From positions 3,896,448 through 3,960,447 of the forward strand of contig BDGG01000002.1 in assembly GCA_001949185.1 (NCBI GenBank): a stretch of 64,000 nucleotides of DNA, read 5' to 3'. The position numbers and the translations under genes are program-made. The stretch is from Ramazzottius varieornatus (lineage: Eukaryota; Animalia; Tardigrada). Positions 25,402 through 38,823 of the stretch are shown one piece after another (the stretch's first letter is position 1; every line of letters starts with the position of its first letter). The notes under the pieces were generated by a model. That model had not been told where the DNA came from. It saw nothing but the letters and a program-made list of their open reading frames with translations, and made no database searches.

Positions 25402-27858
25402 TACCGTGAGGGGGAACGCCTTCCGCGCAAACCGGCGCAGGACGTGTAGGTGCCTTTTTCTTTTCCTCTTTTCGCCATCCGGATCAATTAGCCAAATGAA
25501 ATGTCAGGAAAAACATCCGTAAAGGTCGGAAAAATCAGAGATGTCTATTCTCTTAACTGTGTTCAAGGTTGTTGAGTGATTTCCGCCAAAAAAAGAGACG
25601 ATAATGAAGAATTTTCTGTGCGGTCCGCTTTCTGGTGTCAGATGTGGCACTGATTACCGCAGATTACTAGGAGCTTTGCATTAGATCGGAAGATTATTTC
25701 TCCGATCAATTCGAAGAAAACTCTTTCGCAACGTTGCCTCGGAAACGAGGAAGTTCATTGAAGAGAAATCAAATTACTGTTTTGTGAAAGACTCAATGTT
25801 AATTCTCTTCGAGCTTTTGTAGGTGTCAGAGGAGAAAATTCTCGTGCGAGAATGGTCGAGGACAGGAAGAAAGCTTCGTGGATGAATGACCAACGGATGG
25901 TGACAAGGTAACTGGACAAACTGGACCTGGTATGTTTTGTTTGTGGAGAGGGGGAAGAGGCTGGGCAGTGCAGATCATGGAGGGTCTTTAACGTTGAAGG
26001 CAGCTTAATCACACATTAAAGGCGGATTTTGCAACGATTAAGTCACACAGAACACTAATCTGCACTCTTTTGAGGGTGGCTTTGATAGGCCGATCAGTTT
26101 GTTCTGCCTTGGTTTTTGACGGTTGGTCGAGCGAAGAGCTCAGAGAGATGTTGCGGAGAGGATTATAGACGGGTCGCTTTTTGTGTGAGACTACAATTGC
26201 GGGGAGAGCTTAGTGTTTATCGCTGGCCTGCCGCCGTCTAATTAACTCACAGGCTCGCTCGGACCTGCTTGCATGGCGGTGGTCGCTTCAAGTGGAGACA
26301 GATTACGTGTGCCATTCTACTTAGACGGTGTATAATTTTGCTTTGACATGAAACTGGCTCGGGACAACACACACCCATGATAAATTGAGGCGCTTTCGCG
26401 CATTTTGCCCTGATGAAGATGGAATTCTATTCAGTCCGTCGAAGATCGATTCTTCTCTCATTCAACAGCGATCGACAGTTAAGGCTCGGAAAGATGATTG
26501 AAATCATTCATCAAAGTTCCTCAGTTTTTTAAGGCGAGAACTTGTTCGAAGCGTCGAACGTTTGATGCAGTATTTTTGAAATGCATATAAACGGAAAACG
26601 TTCACCGAAAATTTTTGCCCTCATTCGAGCATAAAAGCATTAAGGAATAAAATTACAGATGAGAACAGAACATTTGTGGACTGTTTCGTGGTTAACAATA
26701 AATGCATTCGGAAGTGTTTTACGGTGTGAAAACTATGGCGAATCCAACAACAGAACAGAAAACTCGATAAAAAGTATTGAACGAGAAGGGAATAAGTCCC
26801 TAGTATGGGTCTTGGACTTTGACGAAGTCCTGTGAAGTTGAGGCGAATTGAGAGAAGGCCGCGGGAAGTGATGAAGGCATCGCTGGCGCTAATAGTAGGT
26901 GGCAAACAAATTAAAAGTCATGGACTAGTAGGAAAGAGCGTGGACGGTGCTGGACAGGCATCGCCTAGATTGACTCATTAAACATCCGTTGTGATGATGC
27001 CCTGTTGACAACTAGCCGTCTGCAGACTTTTGAGGCTGGAACGAAGAAGAGTTTACCAATGGAAGTTTGATGTATGCGTGTCCAGTTGGAATGTGTCAGG
27101 TCTTGCGGCCATTTGAGCGATCAAACAATGCGCTAGACCGCTGTAATGGCCGGCCATTACTCGTCCATTTTCCCTTCATCATTACTATTGCCAGGACAAG
27201 CTGTAAGCGTGTAGGTACTACCAAACTTGCAATTTTCATTCGGAATTCGGAAAGGTGTGACTTGGATCAGCATCCGTTGAGGAAGTTGGTGGTGGATACT
27301 TTGTGCTTGATTGGGGAGCTACGCTTGATTGAGACTTCACGGTGGACACTGGTCGGATACTCAGTCGTGGTGGGCATTACGGTCCCGATCAGGTGACTCC
27401 GTAGCATGTGGTGAACCGGTCGACTGACCACAGGACAACCTGCCATGTGAATAGCTTGGCTATGGCAGGCAGGACTGTGAGGGCAGGATGGAGGGCACAG
27501 AATGGCATAAACGGCCTGCGATGAAGACACCGGCCAGCAATGGCGTGCTCTGTGGTGCTTGGATCTAATCGCCATCGATCGCGAACTTTGTGGAATGCCC
27601 GTGAAATTTTCCGGATGGAGAAGCGTCCAGGTGTGCATGTCGGTGTGCGTGCTGGAGTGTGTAGCTAGGCTTGAAGGCATAATTGAACCATTAGGAGAAA
27701 TTAAACAAGGACACGGAGAGCGTAGTCTCGGTGTCGCCTTTAAAAATCACAGTGAAAAGGATGTGACCATCTGTTTACAAGCCAGATATCATTAGAGCAA
27801 AATTTCTCCGCCGGTTTGCGCGCTTGATTAAACATCCCCCCATCTAGCAGCCACAATG

Positions 27859-30800
27859 TTACTTCTGTGTGGTAACTGTCGCATTCTTGTGGTAATGAGG
27901 AGCTCTGAAGTGACTGGAAGCAATCTTCTTCGACCTTCGGTGTTCTGCCGGAGACTTATGCGGGTTGACGTCTTCCAGACTCTCGTAGATCTTCTCACCA
28001 GACTTGAGGAACTGGTAGCAGTTCTGATTCTTGGGTAACTTGTTCTTCCAGTCGTTCCCCTGAAGAGACTTCCCGTCGCGTCCAAAGCCAACGAACCAGC
28101 CTTTGTTGTAGGAGGATTGTAGGATAACGTGGTTGTTCTGGCTGACTCGCTCATGGAAAACGCACGGTTTGTCGCGGAATTCCAGCTGTAAAGTAGAGAA
28201 TGAAAGTTAAACGCCGAGTATGTGGGGCGTAGGCAAATGAATTAAACCAGGATCTTTTTCCCAAGTGGCGCACACTTCGAGCCAATAACAACGATTCATG
28301 TGCGCCAGTTGGAATGACTATCTGGTTCCGCTCATTTTTGCAAGTACATTATACTGTAAATTCGACCACATATATCATCATGAATATTTAATACAATGGG
28401 TTGAGTGGGTTTGGGTTCTAAAGGAGGAAGAAGTGCGCAGTGTTTGAAAAGCACCGGCTGGGAAATGGCGATGGAAAGGCCGGGGGATTATAACACTATT
28501 TAAACCCGTCATCAAATTGGATTATAATGAGGAAGTACACTTCTGGTCAGTGTTTACTTTCGGGCTTAGGAGTGCGCGGCGCTAGAGGGAAAAGCCCGGC
28601 CGGTGCAGGGATTAACACCGATTGACTGACCAGTGTCCTGTCCCGGCACATGCACCCGGCTAGCCTACAGGGACTTTTTATGAACTTCCTGACTGTGGAT
28701 TATTTGGAGTAGGTACACAAGGCCCCTTTTGTGGCAGAGCGTTGAAATGAACTCTCTTCACGTTGGAGTATCGTATTTGAATGCACGGATTGACCGGTGG
28801 TCGAAGAACGCCAGTTGCGAGTCAACGTTCAGATTCGACCCATAATTTGCAAGCTGTTAGCACTTTTCAGTGTGGCCAGGGTCTAAGTTGTCCCGCTTCA
28901 AGGTTGGCAGGAAGAGTCTGTAATTAGGAGAAGTGCGACAAGCGACCACATGTGGATAGTCCTTGCTCTTTTGCCTGTACCTGCATGGATGACAAGGTCT
29001 CCTTTGGACCTTGATTGATAGCACGTGAACTGACCAGGCATGTCAACACCGAGACATGCGGTGAGGAAGAAGAGACCTTCTTCACCTCATGTCGGTCGGT
29101 TTTTCATGCACTTCCTCTTTTCGGAGGAAAAAGAACCTGCACGTGGGTAATTACAGGATACGCTGGAAGTGAACCGACCCTTGGAAGAGTAGCTGAGCTA
29201 TGCTGATTAGCAGGAAGTAATTTGGAAGTGAACATGTGTGGCTCGAGAATGAGGAAATGATGGATAGTTTTTCTTCCTTGTTGCCTAGCCGACTGCGCGA
29301 GTTCATTGGGGAGACAGGTCTGGAAATCGGAAGAGAGAAAAATAACTTACCCGCATTATGAGTTTTCCATGGCGGTTAAAGCAAAGGTATCGCTTGGAGA
29401 GGTCGTTGTAAATGCTGATTTCTCCCGGTCGAACAGATCTGACGGTCAGTCGAGCTGTAATGAAAGAAAAAGGTAGGGTTATTACCGGCAAGAATCGATT
29501 ACATTGCAAAAGACATGGCGGGACTTTGATCAGATAGCGTCTAACGATGTTTTTCGGTGAAAACTCGAGGAAGACATGCCGGTAGTTACCAGGATGTTTT
29601 CAGATTTCAAGAACGAACTTGAATTTTTAAAGACGTTTTCCTCTATGGTGTGTTTGGCGAGCCGTGAAACACGAGAGCGAAGGTGGTCACGGGTCGATGT
29701 ACGGTGCCGTTTATTCCGCTTGGTTTGTTCATTTCAAAACCCTTCACAGAATATTCTACAGCCGCCATACTGCCATCAGACAGTAGCAAGCAAAGACATT
29801 AATTTCTGTCAGGCGAGAGAACAACAGAATAAATCAGAGTTCTTGTGGTTCCGTTGTCTTTTTAACGTCGACGAGTCGAACTGTGCCATAAGTCAATCTT
29901 GCAAACCGAGGAAACTTCAAATGACTTTTTTATTCTTTTACGCTTCTGGTAGGTCTGGAGACAATCAAGCCATGTTGCAATCTCAGTTTATGGTGGTCGG
30001 TAATGCTCAGGCGTGGCGGCGTGGCGGGAAATCCTGAGGAACCCCCTGTGGTGCGTGCGGCCAGCAGAGCGCGACCTGCGGCCACTCTAGCTGCTCATTC
30101 CAATAATTAACTTGTCTGAAAGATTGCCGAAGCTTGTCAAAAAGTTGAAAAATCGAGCTCGTTCGAGCCGAAGAATAGAATACGTGGACAGGGTACGTCG
30201 GACACCCATGTTTAAGTCTGCAACCTACGAAAATCACAGTGCGCGGTTAGGGGCAAATGGAGTGGCCGACTTAGGTCCTATGGTCCGACTTATGGTGAAG
30301 CGTACGAGTTTTTTCTTGGAAAGGTGAAAAAATACCGAAATAAAACTGACACAATAATTGAAGTGCAAGTCAATCAAAAGAGCATGCGAAGTATGGTTTA
30401 TGGTGGAATCTGCCAAGAAGGCGACACACGCTGGAAATTAGTGCTGTGTAGGCCGAGCCGTCATAATCAATATATTTTTTAACCGCCCAGTGTCATTGTA
30501 TGAAAATGCGCAAAGATGGCGACGCGACAGGCCGGCACCTTAGACTGTCAAAAAGGCTTGTCGTACGGTGCTTTTTTGTGATCCACCTCAAACCATTAAT
30601 TATCTCTCTTGTTTTGCAAGACACATGTATAAGCGCTTGCAAAAGTCACGAGATTACATGATAGGCTCATAACGCAACACAACGTGCGCCAAAATATGGA
30701 GATTGAGACTGTTTCGTCGTTCTTTTGTTTCGTACGGTACAAAATATGAGCCTCCCTGCCGAGAAATATAATTGTTATAGTTTTGCAAAGGCAACAAACG

Positions 30801-33800
30801 CTCGGATGACGTTACGTAAATTTTTGCGAAATATTTCCGAATGGACACGCAAAACTTCTTGTTGGAATTTCCCCAAAACGAATTATAACGATATCCGGTT
30901 CGAATATATTTCAATCATATTCTAACGGGTGGCAGAATGGATGGCACAATGGACGCGGAAATATTCAGTCGAAAGGTTCGCGTGCAGAAAATTGGCCATT
31001 TTGAAAATTAGCCTCGCGCTTGCAGTTAATTACCAGTTTGGCATTTCAAAATTTGGTGTGGTCTGTGACAAAGAGCACTTATCAGTGCTTTTGGCAAAAG
31101 GCATATGCAGATGTGCAGATAAATAATTGGCCGTTGCGGACAGACACTTCTTTGACGGAGGACGCCTTTGCATTGTGCAAACAATCTAATAATTTTGTAA
31201 ACGCACTCGACGGCTTCAGTTCAATCAATTCATTCACTCTCAACGGCTTTCTAGTCCTTCAAAGCTAATTACATACTGCGCTGCCATTGTTCTTGCATTG
31301 CCACTCCGCCATGCATCACCCTTCCCACAAAACGGACATATTCCTTGATCATGCACAGTAGCAGCACTAGCAGCTGAGTAACTAGCGACACTCTTTCTGA
31401 CCGCACACTGAGTTCCGCGTTTACACTCGCGCCACTTCCCTGTTGTGCGAAAAGGTGCTGTCACGCTGGCATGGATGTACCGGTAGAGTGATTTGTATCG
31501 ACCTGCCAAATTTTAGCCTCCGTAGTGCTATTTGTCCAGCCATTCCATGTTTTCTACCGGTACATCCATACCAGCCTGGGTGCGGCTGATTTGATCAAAC
31601 CGATACTCATGAATCATCTCAAAATCTGTGCGAAAGGTCAGCTATGAAATGGAACGTAAGCAAATGTATTGAATAATTGTGGTCTAAAGCAGCGCACGTA
31701 CTGATTGTTGTTGGCTAATATTATGCGCCACTTGGGAAAACGTGGCAATTTGCTACTGAGTAGCTCAAGACTATTCGTATCGTTCACGAAGCTTCTTGGG
31801 AATTCAGTTGAGAAAGATGGCTTATCTGTCTAATGTGATAGGGAGGAAGGTGGCTAAATTACTGAGGAACAGCTGCCTGGAGAATGGTCATTTAGCTGAA
31901 GGAAGTTCTGATCATGCTTGCAGCAAGACTTGCTTGCTCTCAGGTATCCACGAAGCTACGAGGTATACATCGGCGGTAATTGTGGTTAATTATAAGGTGC
32001 GGGAGTGCAAAGAAACAAGAATGTCAGCGATAGACATGAGATAGTGGGGTCAATAAGTGCTTGTTATTTTGTGCCCATTGAGGGGAAAAAACCGCAAGAA
32101 GAGAACAAGATACTTTGCCCATACCGCAAAGAGCAACTCGTGCAGGTCTAATGGAGCACGGCGCACAGCGAGCGGGCAGTTAGGCCTGTCAGGTGAAAGA
32201 AACCGCACTCCATTCCATCAAGACTCCTCCGGTCATTAATCAATTATGGATGGAAGTGTAATGCCACCGTAACGAGCCGTGACCATTGTTCAATGTTCGA
32301 TCTAGCCGTGAACGACTACCGAAAAGAACTTAATTAATTTTCTCCCCGCAAAGAACATCAACTGCCGAAATTTTATGACTTATTCAGCTCTTACACAAAA
32401 GTTGACTTTTGTGGATTGTCATCTCTTACCGTAAGGACTGCGATCCGAAGCATCGGCACGGACGTCGTTAAGGCGTTTGCCCGTGAGGTAGATGCTGCGT
32501 GCACTGCAGACGCTATGCAAGGCGTACTTCCGGGTGATCACCGTCTGGAGGTCCTCTTCTTCCACCTCCACTTCGTTCTCGCTTACGTCTTCCTCATCGT
32601 CGTCTCTACCAGAGAGACGCGATGAGAAGCGCGAAACGGGCTGGGGCTCTATGCTCGTGCTGGTAGCAGAGGTTGCTGCGGGTAGGGTCGACTTCCAGGG
32701 TAACCGGGTGCTATCGCCGGGATAGACTAATGCAGGAGTAAGAACGGCTTTGCATTCCACCTAAAGAAATAAAATCTTAAAAGTTTAGAACATTCCCTTA
32801 GCAGGCATTCAAGCTAGAAACACTGCTCTATGTTGGCAAAAATTTTCAGGAAATCGTGAATGCAGTACGTACCATTGGGAAGCCTGGAAGTAGGAAGGAG
32901 GCAGCAAGGAAGACTGTTATCCAGATAGGGCTGCAAGGAAAGAAGAAAACTTAGACCGGAAATGGTCCATGGTGAATTTGTAGCTTGATAATTGTTCGGC
33001 GGAATGGACTGTAGTTTTTTTCACGAGTTCTCGAAAATTGTTAGATTTTATTTAGTGATTGTGGGAAGGTGGCGGGGTTCAGTGGGAGACTGTGAGGACA
33101 TGCTGGGAGGTCGCGAGGATGGGACAGTCAAGCGGGCTAATTTTCGAAGCAGATTGGGGAACAGATCCCTATCTGTCGACTAATTTAGTGCTCAACAGGC
33201 TGTCCACTCTATCGTTGCAAAACTTAATTGGAATTATGAACTGCGGGTGTTCTTTATCACTCGCTCCACTCGGCGGGTCAAGCGTCGATCTCTCAATTGC
33301 TCGTGCTAATAAAGTCTCCTAATAAGTCCATCGCGTACTGGGCATTGGCTACGGGCTTCTGTATCGATCGTTTCTTCATGGACGGAAATCCAATATTCCT
33401 GAATATGCTAAAGCCAAACGTTTGACACTGGCTTATGCGGGTATTGTGTTACCCTGTGAAGAATAACAGGGGGTTCTTCGGCCATATGCCGCAATCCAAT
33501 GAAGACTTCAAGCTGTAGTCTGATCCGACCATTTAGTGACCGCATTGTACACTGGCCAGAGTCATAAATATGCCATTGTATCTGATATTGTATGGAAATG
33601 AGAATTCATGCTGTTCAAAAGAGTGGAAATAATGTGACAGATCAGCTCCGTCTTTGAGGCGCTCCATCCTCTGAAGCTATTTTTCAATTCTTTGGAGCAA
33701 AGTGTGAAAGACGCTTTGTTGGCTGACAAGTATCCTTGTGTGGGAACCTCAACACTAGGAAAAATATGGGTGGATGGAGGTGAATGAGGTGCAAGATGGC

Positions 33801-36533
33801 CAACTAGAGGTTTGCATCACTTGTAGCACATCCTCACTTAGACCTTCTTAGCAGCCCTGTTGATGTCCATCTGTCCGTAAATTGTACCCTCTTTTCATTC
33901 TGACCAAACCAGCATAACCACTTTCTGCCGAGATTCCCAAAAGGCGAAACATGTCTTCTTCGTGCTAAGCAGGTTAACTTGAAACTTGGCAAGACCAGCT
34001 TTAGGCTACCTTCAAAGACCCGGAACGTCGGTTGCAGCTTGATCTGGGGAAACGACAACAACCTGCATATACTACCCGCATGCCACAAACCGAGTATCTG
34101 TATGCAGCTGCCTGAGGGGTTGGTCAGACCGACTTCGAAACTGACAACAACCTACATACAGAGCCCGCATGGTCAAGAACCTCTACTTGTATGCAGCTAC
34201 GTGGGACGTGCGGAACACCGATCTCCCGCATGCCAAAAGAACACCGGTGTTACTTTCTGAACCTTGGTGCACATTCCAGGGGCTTTCAAATCCAGAAATG
34301 CAAAAAACACTCTTGCTAGCGGGGGATGTCTTTCAGAAAATTAATGAGATAACTTTCGAGTTGTTTTGGGCGTGGCGCCAATGTTGCTCGAAGATGGCTT
34401 TCGAAAGAAATCTATCTTGTGAAGTGTAAGAGGTACAATGGACAATTGGCCCGATCGTCAATGATTTTATGATTCGTGTATGGCTGTGGGTAGAATGGGA
34501 ATTAATTGAGTGCCGCCGATAACAAATTAACAAGTGATCTTGTGTTTGGCAAATAAGCGCTAGAGGCTCTAGCTAGTCAATTCAATATTCGAGTGCGCCA
34601 CTGTAGTGAACATGCATGAACGGCAGCTAGAATCGTCCGACACACTTGTCGTAATCATATTCCCAATTGGCCGCCACAAGAATGGAAAATATACTGTGCC
34701 GTGATACAAACAAGCAAATATACACACATACCTTTGTGACATATTTCTTATGATTATTATCCACTCATCAACCTCACGCTTGGTTGCATTGTCTAGCCAT
34801 CGGAAAAATATTCATATACCCAGCACAAAACGCCGTGCCAGGCGACAAATTGTCCGCTCGTCGCACCGGTAAACGAAAAAACGAGAATCTGTGACCTCAC
34901 TTCTCTCAGAATGAAAAACACTGCGTAGAAAATAATTATCTTAAATGTCACATTTTATCGAAAATTCGTCGATATTCATATGAAGAAATTTTCGAATATT
35001 CCAACAATATACTTTAAGACCCTTCCCTCATGCGAGTTTTCTGCTTGAGCAGTTCAGATCGTCTAGATCGAAAGGCGGATGTTCCGACAATGGGTCATAT
35101 TCCGCCGCATATTTGAGGTTGCATACCGATGAATGTTTACGGCGCGAACGTGCAAATTTGCCTGAAACCCTGTTTACGGCCCCTTCAATCTTCTTCGTTC
35201 TCAATTCGGGTAATGTTTGATGGGTCGAATGCTTATTACACAAACACAATAGGGAAACCTGCCATTCCTTGGGATGGTATGTTCAGAAGGGAAGTTGGGT
35301 TGAGTGGGCTTATAAGACATCATCTGGTCATAATAAAAGAACGGTGAAGTAGTGCGCGCATGCGACTACTCCATGTCAAGTGGCGCGCATTGCCGGTATC
35401 ACTTTCTAATCCCTTTAGTCTACATGCGCATTTTAAAGTATCGGTTATAAATTTCAAGTAGCCCAATGTTACTCTGACTTCTTATGAAGAAATGTCAGCT
35501 TAAACGGGGCTTTATGACTCCACTGTAAATACAGGCCCACAAACACGACGCAGTGGGCAGCCGTCATTTCGACTTCCCTGTCCATTGCGCGCATTACTCA
35601 TAGACTGTCCGTAAAGCTCCGTCCAACACAGTCCCTCACAGATTTTATAATGAATTTACCCAACAAACAAACGGCGATATTTTGGTAACATTACTGTTCA
35701 AGCAAAGCCATACGGTCATTATTTACCTCAACCGACCATCCCATATTTTCAAACGCTCCGTGAAATATTTCACGATGTCCAGGGCACACTAAAGTAATTT
35801 CTTGAAATGATTTCCGAAAATCCAAAATCATTTCAAGAAATATTCAAATATTTGCAGCTATTTTCAGAACATCACTTTCGACATATCCAGAACATTTTTA
35901 TAGCATATTACAGAAAAATCCATTTGGTTCAAATTACATAAAATGATGAAACTTCCTGTACAATATTGTCGGGTCTTCGGGAGGGTGTTTACGGGAAGTT
36001 GCGGACAAGGCCAGACGAGGACCACCATCGAGAGCATAATTTGTGAGGGTTCAAAGAAAAGCAGAGAGCGCAGGAACAATAGGTCGGCCTATTGTTACAG
36101 CAGACTATAAGCAGCGGCGCAAAATCCCAAATTAAATGGCCGGATCGCTAACGAATTCGAGTAGCCTCACAATACGCCTCAGTGCCGCAAGAGCAATATA
36201 TTCCGCCCATCACCCAGAGAACTTCCTTGAAAATACCTGCATAAACTATTTGGCCATGTGCAAACGTTAACCTGAGGACATGATTCAACTTCTTCGACCC
36301 TCACTACAAACTCACAAACCGACATGAAAAGCTTTTTGTTCAAGGGTGGCTTGGGTTTTACGTAAGAACTATTCACTGTTTGTGTTGTAGAATGGATAAT
36401 TGATCCCAAGGCGGAAAAATGATACGGAAACGTGTTGACCTTTTGAAGTGATACAGTTTCCCGCGTACATGTGGTAAATGTCAACTGCTTGTTTAGGCAA
36501 AATGGCAAAAGGTACTTACCGAAGTATAAACAT
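27859..36533 (-). CDS. Fibroblast growth factor, FGF8/17/18-like
   Basis: Exons: 36533-36520 (MFILR, tentative), ~32931-32874 (PIWITVFLAASFLLPGFPM, signal peptide), 32760-~32427 (..RKYALHSVCSARSI..DASDRSPY), ~29454-29351 (ARLTVRSVRPGEISIYNDLSKRYLCFNRHGKLIMR), ~28185-27859 (PCVFHERVSQNNHVILQSSYNKGWFVGFGRDGK..QNCYQFLK). Phases agree, and the two core introns match the canonical FGF positions. Confidence 0.9.
28224..28347. mobile_element. Palindromic MITE-like element in FGF intron
   Basis: ggggcgtaggcaaatgaattaaaccaggatctttttcccaagtggcgcaca..tgtgcgccagttggaatgactatctggttccgctcattt. Confidence 0.8.
31465..31575. repeat. 23-bp inverted repeat with 65-bp spacer (unrelated to the main family)
   Basis: gctggcatggatgtaccggtaga ... 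tctaccggtacatccataccagc, one mismatch. Confidence 0.85.
31651..31770. mobile_element. Degenerate MITE-like copy in FGF intron
   Basis: ggaacgtaagcaaatgtattgaa..gcgcacg..tgcgccacttgggaaaacg. Confidence 0.6.
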
Positions 36534-38702
36534 TAGCTTGCAGGGAACATTGATCGTCGGGATGCTGTCGACATGGGAGGCATCCGTGGGATCAGACGGG
36601 AGTCACAGTCTCAAGTCAAGTAATGATTATGTATTTCCTCTGCGTAATGGCGCGCTCCTTATCTAGATCTGTAACAGAAGACAAGAACACCGTGTTAGAG
36701 ACTTCTAGAATGAGACAAGTTTTACAAATGAAGTGATGCTATGCCGTCAGGCAGTCATTAATAAGTCCGTACATGAAGAGACGGAACATGGCGAAAGAAC
36801 ATTCCTCCTTTACACGAAAAACCCTTATCTCCGCATACCTTGGCAATCTTGAGACTGCATGTGTACAAGGTGAATCAGAGAACCATGGCTCAAAACGGAA
36901 ATCCCTGATGTTCAACAAGAGAGGGTTGAAACAGGGATGGTCTATCGTCCGTCTGCGGCCACACCAACCTGGGTTCGTTAGTTCCTCACTTGGTTCTTCG
37001 ATCGAAGACAACGGTTGGTTCTTGGCTTGAATGGTGAATCAGGCAACGATCCTTTAAGCCGCTCTGATCGCGGCAAGTCCGCACTTTTTCATCTGTTAAA
37101 CAAACGTGTCAGAAGAAAAGAATATTCACTTGTGGCGAATTAGATCAGTAAAGACGGTTTGATGGACACAAGGTGGGAAATGATGCGTTCACAAATGCGC
37201 AACGAACTTTAACGCCAAGGCAAGAGAGGACGGGTGTAAATCGAAGAAATTTTCCAACAGTGTCAGTCAATCAGAATCAGACTGAAACTAACCACTCAGG
37301 TAAAGTAACTAATTCAGAGCCCATTGTAACCGCAGTTAAAGCCATACCTGCGTACACCTTGGTGGAGAAGGATGCTGTTGTCTCGGGGTACGGATGAAAG
37401 TACGAATGGCTGGTTGAAGACTGTTGCTTGAACGGCAGACACTGTATATTTTTATTCAACCAAGTGTACAGGCCCTCGTCTGCCTGTCTGCCGCCAGCCT
37501 TCCGGCTACTTTGCCTTCGTTCGGTGGACGAGCAGGCCTTTCATTGGTCGCTGGATATTCAAGAAATCCTTCCCTCGAACTTCATAATGAATGGACGCTG
37601 GTCATCTACTACGAGAAGATACAAAACCTATTTAGACCAATTCCGAGCGAAAAACAGTAAAAGTCGTCCATAACTCGAATTCGATCAGATTAACTGGCGC
37701 ATGACGTCAGGGAACCCACCAAACATGGCGCCATATTTATTCCCAAATCAGATTGACAGTTAGACCACACGGTTAGACGTTTAGGACATTCTTCACCAGT
37801 TTGAAAAGCTCGCCCCGCCAACTGCAGCTATCCAGATGACCTCGCGCAAAGATGGAAAACGAGCAACGGCAAACTGCCGAACTTTTGCGATACCGTGCGC
37901 AAGTTCAAATGGGAAAGTTGAATGTGAGAAAGATAAACTTTAAGGAAAAGAGCAATGGTTCGATCTTTGGAGGAAAAATTTTATCAAGTAGTTCGTCGTC
38001 GAGGATGTTTGGTCAAGGTTTACATGTTCGGCGTACTGTGGGTGTGACTGCCTATGTGAGTGCGCTGCTTTCGTCACTGCGGTTCGGCTGGTATTGTTCG
38101 GCATTGTGGCACAAGATAAAGATGCGGTTATGTTGGACAATACAGCGAACGGCAATGACGTGATTGTTTGTTGGCGGTTGCGGTCACATTAGCATGCAAG
38201 TGATGCGAGACAGAGGGGTACTTGAGGAGGCAAGAATGGGCAAACCACACAAGTTCAAGCGCTCGCTAACTCGCCTATGGATTTCCGTTCTGCAGCGCTA
38301 CGGCGATCTGCCACCAGCGCAGGTCGCTCTTTGATCTTTGGCGGTGGCCAAAGAAGGCTACGCGCTGACAATATGCGGATAATGCGTTAGTATGACAATT
38401 TTTGATAGGATGACAAAAGATACAACACGAACATGTATTTCGATGAGTGCATCTTTGACGTAAATGGCAAGGGATAAGAGTGCATCTCGGACGTCAGTAT
38501 CAACTTCAAGAAATCCAAAGTTAAATACGCACCAATTGTACAACAAAGAGCAGGCCGAAAATAGCTCTAAACTCATTGTCTGCCTGAGACTCAGTCGATA
38601 GGTTTTTCTAGAACGATCGCTTCTTGTCACCTAAAATCCAGCCATGTGCCCAAATTCTATACTTGTTTGTATCGAAAACTCGGCACAAGATTTTACACGT
38701 TC

Positions 38703-38823
38703 GAACCGCATCTGGGGCCTGGACCAGATCGCTTTCTCAAGTAGCGCACACTTACAGCTAAAAGCAACTACACCGTGCGGAACTTGGAAAAACGATCTGC
38801 CTCGGTCTGTTTGCCCACGGACC
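38703..38823. mobile_element. MITE-like copy, intergenic
   Basis: accagatcgctttctcaagtagcgcacac..gtgcggaacttggaaaaacgatctg..tttgcccacggac. Confidence 0.7.

Noticed and set aside
26385-26455. Hammerhead-like CTGATGA..stem..GAA
   Set aside because: GAAG instead of GAAA, and no convincing stems I and III.
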